DNA of 57,457 nucleotides from IMG/VR virus record IMGVR_UViG_3300024264_000009. One strand, written 5' to 3'. The position numbers and the translations under genes are program-made. How positions within the stretch are numbered: position 1 is the first letter of the stretch; each line of letters opens with the position of its first letter. The notes under the pieces were generated by a model that was given only the letters and a program-made list of their open reading frames with translations, made no database searches and was not told the origin of the DNA. Positions 1 through 9,600 of this stretch are shown piece after piece. The DNA comes from an uncultured virus (IMG/VR IMGVR_UViG_3300024264_000009). Taxonomy: Duplodnaviria > Heunggongvirae > Uroviricota > Caudoviricetes.

Positions 1-57
1 ATCAAAAGTGATAGCACGGATTAACTCAGCAATTTTAAAAGCATTTGTTTTAGCCAT
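1..57 (-). CDS. 5' end of a truncated late gene, probably structural (MAKTNAFKIAELIRAITFD...)
   Basis: ATG at 57 preceded by AAGGAGA SD, right after the stop of the 373-aa gene; runs off the window. Confidence 0.7.
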   Translation of the reverse strand, partial: MAKTNAFKIAELIRAITFD

Positions 58-68
58 TTCTTATCTCC

Positions 69-1190
69 TTACAATGTTGTTTTCTTTACAGAAACAGTTG
101 TGTTAGTATTAACAGGTGTTATTAGAAGTCTCTGTGAACTTCCTGAAACATCTGCACTTAATGTAAACAACGATGCATTGGTGAATACATCACCGAATTG
201 GACAAAGTATGCGTCCGAACCATCGTTTGTTAAAGTCACCTCTGCATAATGTGAACCAGCACTAGCATGTGTTGCTACGAGTTCATATTTAATACCTTTA
301 ACTCCTGTTGAAACACTAGACAACACTTGGTCTGCTGTAGTAGCAGAGAATGTTGTAGAATTTCCTTGAGCAGGAAGTGAGATATATGAACTACTTACTG
401 ATGTGTCTGTATTAACTGGTGTGATTAATAATCTCATGTCTGAACCACTGATATCAGTGGACAAACTAAACAAACTTGCATTCGTAAATGTGTCTGCAAA
501 TTGAGATATGAATGAATCAGAACCATCGTTAACAAGGACTACTTCTGCAAAGTGATTACCTGCTGAAGCATGAGTTGCAACTAAATTTACTTTAATTGCT
601 TTCGTGCTTGTTGGCACCACTATCAATGACTGGTTAGCTGTAGTTGCTGAGAAACTACTACTTCCTGTGGAAGCAGAAGAAGCTGCAGAACTAGGTGTTC
701 TAACTACCAGTGTATCACCACTTACTGCATTTGCAGATAGAGTAATAACTGATGTGCTTGTCGTTGTATAGTCGGCACCACCATCTACTAATAAAACACC
801 ATTCAAGTATACCTGTTCATCACCAATTGAGTAGGACAATGTTTGTCCGTCATCATCGTTTCCTGAGAAAGCTGTGGTGTTTGAAGAAACAGTAAAAGTA
901 AATAAACTATCTGATGCTGACGCTGAGTCTGCAAAAGAAAGTGAACCACTTCCGTCTGTTTGTAATACTTGTCCTGATGTCCCATCACTAGTTGGGAAAG
1001 TAATAGCATCATTAATTGTCAAAGAGGCTGGGACTGACCCGACCTCAACAATAGCAGCTGAACCATCATTCTTCTCTGTGTAAACCCTACCATGGTAGGT
1101 GTTTAACGCGAGTTCTCCTACTACTATATCACTAGTAGTCGGGACTGCGTTCTGAGTAGAACTCTTTTTAAATGTAATTACAGTTGCCAT
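69..1190 (-). CDS. Tail-fibre/virion appendage protein with Mtd-N/hyaluronidase-like N-terminus and two tandem ~95-aa C-terminal domains
   Basis: N-term MATVITFKKS...GELALN; LPxxDG..GQVL.TDGSG.LSF-type linker; VYLNGV...DYT motif; duplicated LVATHASAG...RLLITPVNT units; GGAGAG SD. Confidence 0.75.
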   Translation of the reverse strand: MATVITFKKSSTQNAVPTTSDIVVGELALNTYHGRVYTEKNDGSAAIVEVGSVPASLTINDAITFPTSDGTSGQVLQTDGSGSLSFADSASASDSLFTFTVSSNTTAFSGNDDDGQTLSYSIGDEQVYLNGVLLVDGGADYTTTSTSVITLSANAVSGDTLVVRTPSSAASSASTGSSSFSATTANQSLIVVPTSTKAIKVNLVATHASAGNHFAEVVLVNDGSDSFISQFADTFTNASLFSLSTDISGSDMRLLITPVNTDTSVSSSYISLPAQGNSTTFSATTADQVLSSVSTGVKGIKYELVATHASAGSHYAEVTLTNDGSDAYFVQFGDVFTNASLFTLSADVSGSSQRLLITPVNTNTTVSVKKTTL

Positions 1191-1228
1191 TTGACTCTCC
1201 TAAAGTTATTGATTAAACGAATTATTAA

Positions 1229-2809
1229 TTAAAATGTCCCGCCGTCAATAGCTGTAATTGCAACATCACCTGAAGTGAGTGTGAAATTACTTGAGTCGAA
1301 TGAAGCTATACCTTTAGATGATGTTGTTGCATCATTGATTGCTACATCACCTGAAGTCACTGTGAAATAACTTGCACCAAAAGAAGCAATACCTTTGTTG
1401 GCATCTGTTGCGTCTTCTGCAGAAAGTGTAATACTTCCGTCTGCATTTGTTATATCAAGTCCTTCACCAGCAGTAATTGTTGCAAGTTCCATGTCTCCAT
1501 TAGAACCATTACCAATTAATACTTGACCTGCTGTTGGAGCAGCTCCGTCTACTGAAGTGATTGAACCACTTAATGCTAATCCACTAGCTGCAATACCACC
1601 GAATTTAACGTCACCAGCTGTTCCTGAGAAAGTTGATGAAGAATCAGTTGCGTCTGCAAAGAATGTGAATTTACCATCTGTATCGTCCATACCGAAGAAA
1701 CCAATTTTAGCTCCACCTGAATTATACTTAAATTTAATACCTCTATCTAAGTTATCATCAGCTGAATCGTCACCGATTTCAAATACTGGGTCAGCTACTG
1801 AAGTAGTAGTTGAATTTACAGTTGTAGTAGTTCCGTTAACTGTCAAGTTTCCAGTCACAACAACGTTTCCACTTGCAGTCATTGTTGATGCAGTGATATC
1901 GTCTGATTGTAATTGACCTGAAACAATTAAGTTATTTGTGACTGTTAAGTCGTTTCCAACTGTCACGTCACTAGGTAAACCTACTGTTAAAGTTTGTCCT
2001 GAAGCAGAAGTTTCGATTTCGTTAGCTGTTCCAGCAATCGTTAATGATTGTGAATCTAGGTCTACTGACCCTGTTCCTGAACCACCTGCGAAGTCTAAGT
2101 CTTCTAAAGTTGCAGTTGCTTGGATTTTGTCCAAGATAGCTGCAGATGTCATTAATGATACGTCATCATCAGAGAATGCTTCCCCTGAAGTTTGGACTAC
2201 CGCACCATCTAACATTGTGAATTCTACAGTTCCAGCACCTATTACAGTGACACCTGCTGAATTCATTGTTATATCACCACTCATTGATACGTTGTCAAAT
2301 GAATCACTTCCGTCATGAACAAGTATTTGTCCAGTTGTTGGAGATGAGATATCTGTATCAGACGCACCTTCTAGTGAAGATGTTGTTGAGACAAAAGAAA
2401 GGTTTCCTGAACCATCTGTTGCCATAACTTGGTTTGCACTACCATCTGCTGAAGGTAATGTAAAGGATAAATCAGAGGCTAGTGTATCGGGAGATTTAAG
2501 AGCAACAGAGTTTGTTCCGTTGTCTGAATCTTCCATTAACTTAATTGAACCACCTGAAGTAGAACCATTACCAACTTTTAAGTTAGCAGGGGTTGCACTT
2601 GAACCAGCCAACATGTCCGTGTAATACTTACCACCGATGGCTTGTATTAATGGAGTTGAGTTGTCTGAGTCTACGGATTCAATAAAAAGTTTTGCACTAT
2701 TTCCTGAGTTAGCCCTATCTTGCACATACGCTAATTCACCTTCCGATAAGTCTGAGACTGTTGGAGCTGATAAGCCAGTGCTTCTTTTGATTTGAATAAC
2801 TGTTGCCAT
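1229..2809 (-). CDS. Tail fibre protein
   Basis: N-term MATVIQIKRS...GELAY; GNLTVNGTTTTVNST fibre motif; ATxxxKGIASF repeats; ends IDGGTF. Confidence 0.8.
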   Translation of the reverse strand: MATVIQIKRSTGLSAPTVSDLSEGELAYVQDRANSGNSAKLFIESVDSDNSTPLIQAIGGKYYTDMLAGSSATPANLKVGNGSTSGGSIKLMEDSDNGTNSVALKSPDTLASDLSFTLPSADGSANQVMATDGSGNLSFVSTTSSLEGASDTDISSPTTGQILVHDGSDSFDNVSMSGDITMNSAGVTVIGAGTVEFTMLDGAVVQTSGEAFSDDDVSLMTSAAILDKIQATATLEDLDFAGGSGTGSVDLDSQSLTIAGTANEIETSASGQTLTVGLPSDVTVGNDLTVTNNLIVSGQLQSDDITASTMTASGNVVVTGNLTVNGTTTTVNSTTTSVADPVFEIGDDSADDNLDRGIKFKYNSGGAKIGFFGMDDTDGKFTFFADATDSSSTFSGTAGDVKFGGIAASGLALSGSITSVDGAAPTAGQVLIGNGSNGDMELATITAGEGLDITNADGSITLSAEDATDANKGIASFGASYFTVTSGDVAINDATTSSKGIASFDSSNFTLTSGDVAITAIDGGTF

Positions 2810-2855
2810 TTTTATTTCCTAGTTTTTTAAAAAAATTAAAATTGTTAATATTAAT

Positions 2856-2936
2856 TCTCGTTCACTATCCCGAGAGATACATTATATATAAAACTATCCT
2901 CTCACTATGAGGGTCGATACCTCACTGGTTGGTATC
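2856..2936 (-). promoter_or_regulatory. 5' leader with three hairpins, each with an AGUGA-containing loop
   Basis: Stems GATACC/GGTATC, CCTC/GAGG and TCTCG/CGAGA, each enclosing TCACT on the + strand; lies between a late promoter and the ATG at 2809. Confidence 0.6.
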
Positions 2937-2976
2937 CTTGATTGAAGTGTGTCTATCTTTGTGTGTTCGTGTATTT

Positions 2977-2984
2977 TATTTATA
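2977..2984 (-). promoter_or_regulatory. T4-type late promoter TATAAATA
   Basis: Exact gp55 consensus upstream of the fibre gene. Confidence 0.8.
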
Positions 2985-3001
2985 ACATTGAAACGTCTAA
3001 C

Positions 3002-3244
3002 TTAGAACGTTCCACCATCTAAAATTGTTGTAGTAGTCCATTTATCTGTTGATGCATCATAAGATAAAAGTCCGTCATCTGTTTCACTTGCATCTACATC
3101 TGATAATTCGTTGATTGATTTTGCAGATAGATTTACATTTGAAGATGAATTACCGATTGCAACTTGTTTTGCACGGATATTACCTTGTCCTTGGACTTTA
3201 CCACCAATAGTTGCAACTCTACTTAATGTTCCTTTAATTGTCAT
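3002..3244 (-). CDS. Small fibre adaptor/structural protein
   Basis: 80 aa; INELSDV...DGLLSYD fibre repeat; ends LDGGTF like the 526-aa fibre. Confidence 0.65.
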   Translation of the reverse strand: MTIKGTLSRVATIGGKVQGQGNIRAKQVAIGNSSSNVNLSAKSINELSDVDASETDDGLLSYDASTDKWTTTTILDGGTF

Positions 3245-3248
3245 CTAA

Positions 3249-3581
3249 TTACCTCGTGACGCCTGGTGTGACAATAGCTTGACCTTCTACCACACGAGTA
3301 GTCTGTCCACCACCACTTGTCACATTTAAATCATAAACATATCTACCCGATTCCAAAGCAGTTGTTTGAGTATCAGTAAGTGATAACGTGACTTGACCTG
3401 ATGCTTCTGCAATAGACGTTGTAAAACTTGAACTTACAGTTGAAGAACCATAAGTTTTTCTTATTTGTGCAGCTGCAGAATAACCACTCATATTCAATGC
3501 ACCACCACTAGTGTCCGTGACATCTACAGTGATACTAAAATCTGTTCCTTGGTCGATAAATATATTTGCAATAATAGCCAT
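3249..3581 (-). CDS. Virion structural protein (BppU-N-like Ig fold)
   Basis: NIFIDQGTDF...AQIRK...GRYVYD...RVVEG.A.VTPGVT pattern typical of marine T4-like phages; late promoter directly upstream. Confidence 0.75.
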   Translation of the reverse strand: MAIIANIFIDQGTDFSITVDVTDTSGGALNMSGYSAAAQIRKTYGSSTVSSSFTTSIAEASGQVTLSLTDTQTTALESGRYVYDLNVTSGGGQTTRVVEGQAIVTPGVTR

Positions 3582-3586
3582 ATAAC

Positions 3587-3594
3587 TATTTATA
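3587..3594 (-). promoter_or_regulatory. T4-type late promoter TATAAATA
   Basis: Exact consensus 5 nt upstream of the ATG at 3581. Confidence 0.8.
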
Positions 3595-3599
3595 CAAAA

Positions 3600-5225
3600 T
3601 TATTGTTGAGTGTTTGAAGGGTGTTTAGAGAATCTTGCAGTTGGAACTGTTTGGTGTATTTTCTCTGCAGTATTTTGGTTATTAACATATATTTCCTCTA
3701 GTTTTTCGGGTGTTGCTTGAGCACCATCTTTATTCACATATACTGCTTTCACTTTTGCAATAGGGCCGATACTTCTAGTTGTTGAGTATGGTGTCTGATA
3801 AATGAAAGGAGACCTATGTTGATAGGAAACCTGATAAGGTGCTTGATATATTGAAGGTTGTTGAACAATATTTTGTGTTGCAACTTGTTTATTTACAGGA
3901 TTTTGATATGTAAATGGAGACCTATACTGAATTGTAAGTTGTTGTTGTGCATTTGCAATATAAGGACTTGACGCTTGTCCGTCTCCCCTTGCTTGAATCG
4001 TTGTTTGTCGATTTGCACTAACAGGGTCGTTTACCTGTTGTTGATTCTGAAACGTAAATGGTGACTGGAATGCACCTATAGGTGTTGTAAATGCAGCCAC
4101 TGGTTGTTGAGATGCAGCTATAGGACTCTGATATGCAGCTATAGGACTTCGATATGCAGCTGTTGGTTGTCTATATGCAGCTATAGGACTCTGATATGTA
4201 AACGCAGCTACAGGACTCTGATATGTAAATGCAGCTACTGGTTGTCTTGCTGGAACTGGTTGTTGCAACGTCTGTTGAGCAGAGACTGGATTTTGTGCGA
4301 TAAATACAATCGATGGAGACCGATATGCACCAGCTTGATATGTCGCAGGTAATTGATACGGGTAGTCTTCACCATTATATGGATTAAAATAATAATTGGT
4401 GGTCTGTCTGTTTGCTGGATAAGCTGCAACAGGGGTTTGCGTAGACGCATATGCACCTTGAACTTGATTTATAACTGGAGTTCTTGTGACTTGAAACCCA
4501 CCCATTTGCATGTTTCCCGCTACCTCACCAGGCATTCCTGTAGGAGGTCTAGGGAATTCATCAGGGTCATTAAATGCTTGATATACCTGAAAATAATAAA
4601 TTGCTGGTTGTCGAGCAGCTTGAATATTAGCAGATTGAGCCGAAATTGCATAAGGGGTGACATCTTGATATGTAAATGGACTTCGATAAGAACTTCGGAA
4701 TGTAAACGGATTCTGTGTTGCAGCTACTGGAACTGGTTGTCTACTTTCAGCTACTGGAACTGGTTGTCTACTTGCACCAATAGGTGTTTGAACAGCAGCT
4801 ACTGGTTGTTGAACTGCAGCTACTGGTTGTCTAGAGGCAGCTATAGGACTTCGATATGCAGCTGTTGGTTGTTGAAATGCATCTACAGGTTGTCTCGCAT
4901 TGTCGATAAACGGACTACTTCTTTGATTTTGATGATTATATATCGCAGGCTGTTGATATGTAAACGGACTTTGAAATGGATTCTGTTGTTGGTTCTGATA
5001 AGTGAACGGACTAGGTTGTCGTGCATCTTGCACCAATAACTGACCATTAACTGGATTTCTGTATGTAGTAGGAGTCTGACTCGGACTTCTATATGTTGTC
5101 TGAGCATTTACTGATATCTGTCTAACTGCTTGCTTTACTTCATTACTTTGAGCATTGGCAGGCACTTGACCTTGATATGGTTGTTGTAAGGTTGTTCCTA
5201 TATTAATGTATATTTCGTCTGACAT
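3600..5225 (-). CDS. Low-complexity Q/P/A/Y-rich repeat protein, probably a virion fibre
   Basis: 541 aa with YRSP, RQP, FTYQ and x(R/Q)(Q/S)P(V/I/T)AA repeats; lies in the structural operon. Confidence 0.7.
   Translation of the reverse strand: MSDEIYINIGTTLQQPYQGQVPANAQSNEVKQAVRQISVNAQTTYRSPSQTPTTYRNPVNGQLLVQDARQPSPFTYQNQQQNPFQSPFTYQQPAIYNHQNQRSSPFIDNARQPVDAFQQPTAAYRSPIAASRQPVAAVQQPVAAVQTPIGASRQPVPVAESRQPVPVAATQNPFTFRSSYRSPFTYQDVTPYAISAQSANIQAARQPAIYYFQVYQAFNDPDEFPRPPTGMPGEVAGNMQMGGFQVTRTPVINQVQGAYASTQTPVAAYPANRQTTNYYFNPYNGEDYPYQLPATYQAGAYRSPSIVFIAQNPVSAQQTLQQPVPARQPVAAFTYQSPVAAFTYQSPIAAYRQPTAAYRSPIAAYQSPIAASQQPVAAFTTPIGAFQSPFTFQNQQQVNDPVSANRQTTIQARGDGQASSPYIANAQQQLTIQYRSPFTYQNPVNKQVATQNIVQQPSIYQAPYQVSYQHRSPFIYQTPYSTTRSIGPIAKVKAVYVNKDGAQATPEKLEEIYVNNQNTAEKIHQTVPTARFSKHPSNTQQ
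4135..4872. repeat. Exact 36-bp direct repeat (4135-4170 and 4837-4872) within 21-bp coding tandem arrays
   Basis: gcagctataggacttcgatatgcagctgttggttgt occurs at both positions. Confidence 0.85.
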
Positions 5226-5234
5226 TTCATCTCA

Positions 5235-6434
5235 TTATATAACAAACCACAAGTGTCCCACTGAGGTTCCACTTGCAGTTGAAGGTGCTGAATTAACTAT
5301 TTCGTAATCTAATTCTATACTATCACTATTTATCTCAATTCCATTAGAGGTATTTGCACCGAACTCACCAGTTGTTGAGTTGTAATTAAGTCCAGCACCA
5401 CCTTGAAGGGCACCTCTTGCATCTGAATCTGAATATGTTGCACCAGCAGTAAAGGTAAGTGTTCCTAATCCATCATCATATGCAACTGATATATTACTAT
5501 GTGTTGCACTTGTAATCATTGATGCAGCTGCATCTTGAATTCTTTCTGTAGTTGAAAACAGATTTGTTGTTCCTTCAGTAATATCGTCTGAATCACCACT
5601 TAATGATGACATATCTTGGTTAGTTGCTGGTTCCCAATATCCATTTGCATTATCCCATACTAAAATTTGACCATTTGTTGGGGTTGTGGTATAATTAATG
5701 TCTGATAAACCACTTGCAGAATGTGTAGATATACTTGAAACTGTTCCTGAACTACCTGAAGTTCCCGAAACATTTCCAGTCACATTTCCAGTGACATCTC
5801 CAGTTAGATTCCCAACAAAATTCTTACCATTTGCAAGTGTAATATCTTCTTGTGAATATACACCAGTTCCATTAGAATCAAATTCTATTTTTGCACTTGT
5901 TGATAAAGAAGTAGTTCTTCCAGTTGAAGAACCATTTAGGATAACACCATTTGCATTTTTATTGTAAATTGTGTTTATTGCTGTTTCAGTGAACTGACCA
6001 GCTTCTCCACCACCAGCACCAATAGAACTACCAATATATGAACCAGTGTATGCAAAAATTGATACAACATCACCAACACTTGCACCTGTGTTAAGTGTAA
6101 TCTCTGTATGTTTGTTTCCGTCTACACCACCGATTGAATAGTCTGTTCCTAATATTAAAAGGTTTGTATTTTTGAATACTTGAATTCTTCCACTTCTAAA
6201 AACAAGTGAGTTATTGTCTGAATCATTACCCGTAAATACTGTTTGATTTGCTGTTGCAACGTATTGGAATTCTTGAAAAAAGAATGACTTATCTTCAAGG
6301 CTGTTAAGTGCATCAACCACATTTGTAGTTGATTCGGTTCTTAAACCCGATAACTCACCAACATCAACTGCAAGTTCATTATACTTCGTCCTAAAGTTTT
6401 CAATAGTGCTAAATTGGTCTACTGTTTTTGCCAT
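5235..6434 (-). CDS. Tail-fibre/baseplate-attached protein
   Basis: N-term TIENFRTKYNEL anchor-like segment; ATANQTVF...VFKN...GTDY motif; GNLTGDVTGNVTG; SDDITEGTTNLF; ends GHLWFVI. Confidence 0.75.
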   Translation of the reverse strand: MAKTVDQFSTIENFRTKYNELAVDVGELSGLRTESTTNVVDALNSLEDKSFFFQEFQYVATANQTVFTGNDSDNNSLVFRSGRIQVFKNTNLLILGTDYSIGGVDGNKHTEITLNTGASVGDVVSIFAYTGSYIGSSIGAGGGEAGQFTETAINTIYNKNANGVILNGSSTGRTTSLSTSAKIEFDSNGTGVYSQEDITLANGKNFVGNLTGDVTGNVTGNVSGTSGSSGTVSSISTHSASGLSDINYTTTPTNGQILVWDNANGYWEPATNQDMSSLSGDSDDITEGTTNLFSTTERIQDAAASMITSATHSNISVAYDDGLGTLTFTAGATYSDSDARGALQGGAGLNYNSTTGEFGANTSNGIEINSDSIELDYEIVNSAPSTASGTSVGHLWFVI

Positions 6435-6435
6435 T

Positions 6436-6645
6436 CTATCTCTCTATAAGTTTGGTTAATAAGGATTTAATTTCGTCCATATCACCTTTTAATGTATTTA
6501 TCTCTTCACGAGTTGTTTTCATAAGTTCTCTACGTTTCATTGTTAATTTAAAGTTTTCTATATCTGTATTAACAATTCCGTGTGAACTATCGTCTCTTAC
6601 TAAATGTGAGTGACCTTCAACTTTTATATATTCAACATCTTTCAT
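6436..6645 (-). CDS. Small conserved T4-like protein with coiled-coil C-terminus
   Basis: Start at 6645 coupled (TAATG) to the upstream stop; KVEGHSHLVRD...GIVNTD...EINTLKGDMDEIKSLL. Confidence 0.75.
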   Translation of the reverse strand: MKDVEYIKVEGHSHLVRDDSSHGIVNTDIENFKLTMKRRELMKTTREEINTLKGDMDEIKSLLTKLIER

Positions 6646-9600
6646 TATGCAAGTGCCATACACCTAAGTGCAGTCACTAATGGGACTACGGAAGTGTTTG
6701 TTCCTTGACCCACAATTTTCACTGCAAAGGCACTGAATTCGGGTAAGTCGTTTGCAGTAAATTCGTATTCTTTAAAGTTTCTACCATCGTTCTCAACAGA
6801 AGTATCGGGAACACCACTAGTATTGAAATATTCAAATCCAATATCGTCTAATGGTATGTCTTCGTCATTTTTAATTATCTTATACATGACTTTTAAATCT
6901 GTAGTAGGTGGTCTAAAGAAATCTGCAATTACTTTAATACTTGTAGCAGGTGTTTTAAGGTTCACTTTACGTGTCACATATACCATTGCATTAGAATCCC
7001 CTTCGGGTTCGTTAGAATCAATGTATGTGGTTCCTGTAGGGACATCTGAACTACTGTCAATGTCATTTAATCTGTTTGCAATACCAATACAACCAACTGT
7101 TCCCACATCAATTACTGGTGAAATATTTTGGTTAAATGATGCAAGTTGTAGTTGACACTGAAATGATTTTGAAGAAGACATTTCACTTGTCTCATTTATC
7201 GAACTTGCAACCACACTTGGTGAACCAAAGAATGCATTATCATTCAATGTTATAAAATTACTTGTTGTGTTTCTTATATATGAAGTTCCGTTTACATATC
7301 CTTCGGGTGAACTCATTGGAGTTGTTAAAACACTTGCAAGAATCTGAGTGTTTTTAACTGCAGTAGAAGGAATCATTGTGTGAATTGCATCAAAGTAATA
7401 GTTTCTTGTTGACACTGCAACACTTCCACCACCAACTGTATCTACTAATGCAGTATATCCTGATTTTAAATCGTATGCAGATATATCGGGTATTACTGTA
7501 TATGAATCAATCCCTCTATTTGCAATTTGTGTGAATGTTGCATTCAATGACCCAACTGGAATACCACCAATTGTCTCTCCAACTGTTCCAACTTCTACTG
7601 ATATATTTGTTCCTTGTCCATCAAAACTTGATATAACAAGGGTCTCTGTTGAAAGATATCCACCGCCTGGATTGCTAATCAACACACTAGACACTGCACC
7701 ACTTGAAACTACTATGTCAAGTGTTGCATCAACCCCTGAAAGTGAACCTGAACTAATCGATTTGTTGAGATATGTTCCGTCTGTTGGAGTCTGATTGACT
7801 GTATTACTACCTAAAGTTAAAACACTTCCAGTCTTATCACCAGTTAAACCTGACATTACAACATTATCTTTATTACTTACTGAATCATACATTCCATGTA
7901 AGTAGTTATATACTTTAACATAATTTTGTCCACTATATGTTTCTATTGGATTTGTTTGTAATTTTGATGAAGGTAATGCATCATTTTCAAATTTTAAGTT
8001 TGATATTTTTGAAGTATCAAATTTACAAGTTTTGATTTTGATTTTCATATCATCAGTTTGTTCTGCAGTCCATGTAGAAGCATTTTGTGATAAGAATAGT
8101 GAACCAGCGTATGGTTGACCTGCGATTGTTTGTCCTGATGCAAGGTCTTTCTCACCCATTCTTGAAATGAACATATTGTATTCATTTGAATTTGAATATA
8201 CAACTAATGCATACTCTACGTTTTCTTCTACGTATACTGGTGAATCAAAAGTAAATGTTGTTGCAACTGACCCGTCTGAAGAAGTATTAACTGCAGAAGG
8301 GTTGTGTGTGACTGTAGAGAATGGTAATACTGTTTGGCCAGGATATCCATTAACCATAGTTCTAACTTCTACTGAAACAGGCATAGAAGCATCTTTAGTT
8401 TCAAAGAATGTATCTACTGAAGATAAGAACATACCTCCGTCTGCTTCACATAAGAATGATTGTGCAAGTGGGTCTCCCCAACCTCTGTCTAATCTTGAAC
8501 CTCTTCCAACTCTATCACCTACAAACCTGTCTCTTGCATCATCAATAATGATTGGAAGTTCTCTTGGTGGGTCTGGCCACGACACTACTGGTGGGTCAAA
8601 CACTATTGGTGACACAACTGGAATAGGTGGTAATGGGTCGGGAACCGCTGGAGTTGGGTCGGGTGCTGGTGCAGGCACTTGGTCGGCTGGTGGGTCATTA
8701 ACTCTCACTATATCTGCTGGTGCATCAGGTAGTGCTGGTGCAGTATTATCAAAAGGTGCAGAGTTTAAATTCTCACCCCTTCTAGACATTGACCTTGAAC
8801 CTTGTAATCTTTCCATAATCACTCTACCATTTCTTGTAGAGACGACTTCAGTTTGTGAAGACTGTAATAATCCTTGTGCTTGATAAACTGCACTACCATT
8901 TGAGGCAGGATTACTTAAGTTGTATGCAGAAGATGTTATTCTTAATTCTCTTTGTCCTGTTGGGAATTTGTGAATTGAATTGTTTGGTAATTCAAAGAAT
9001 GCACGTAATCTTCCGTTTCCGTCTGTTTTACAACCTGAAGAAACTGTTGTTCCTCCGTCTTGTGAATAAGTTCCACTATGAGGTCTAACAAATTTGTTTA
9101 CGTCTAGATTATCAAAGAAGAAGTAATGATTTGAACCAGGCTTTAAGTTGGTTGCATCTATCTCAATAGTCCTTGCACGCATGAAAGGAACAATTGATAC
9201 TGACACGATTCTATCGTTTCTTGTTTCTACAAAGTCTTCTACGACACTTGTTGTCACACCTGTTCTTGTTTGAATTTCAGGTGTCTCTGTAATTTCTCTA
9301 GTAATTTCTAAACCAGCAACCCATTCACCACCTTGTGCTGGGTCTCCTGACCATGAACCATTTGAAGTTGCTTGAACTTCTGAAGACACTACACTAGGTT
9401 CTCCTGCCCATGTGGTCTGCCATGAGTTCCACACTGTTCCAAGTGCATTTGTGTTATCTGATAATACTGCATCAAAATTACCCTCTCTGTTGATTCTAAC
9501 TTCGGGTAGTTGTTCTGTATCTTGCCATATATCTGTTTCGGGTGTCAACTTGACATTACCTACGAATGCAAACACATGGTATGGGTTAACATTGATTGAA

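Noticed and set aside
69..2809. Diversity-generating retroelement, suggested by the Mtd-N-like domains
   Set aside because: No reverse transcriptase and no template/variable repeat pair differing only at adenines in this window.
4100..4880. 21-bp tandem repeats as a CRISPR array or mini-array
   Set aside because: The units are in-frame coding repeats of the 541-aa ORF, with no unique spacers and no cas genes.
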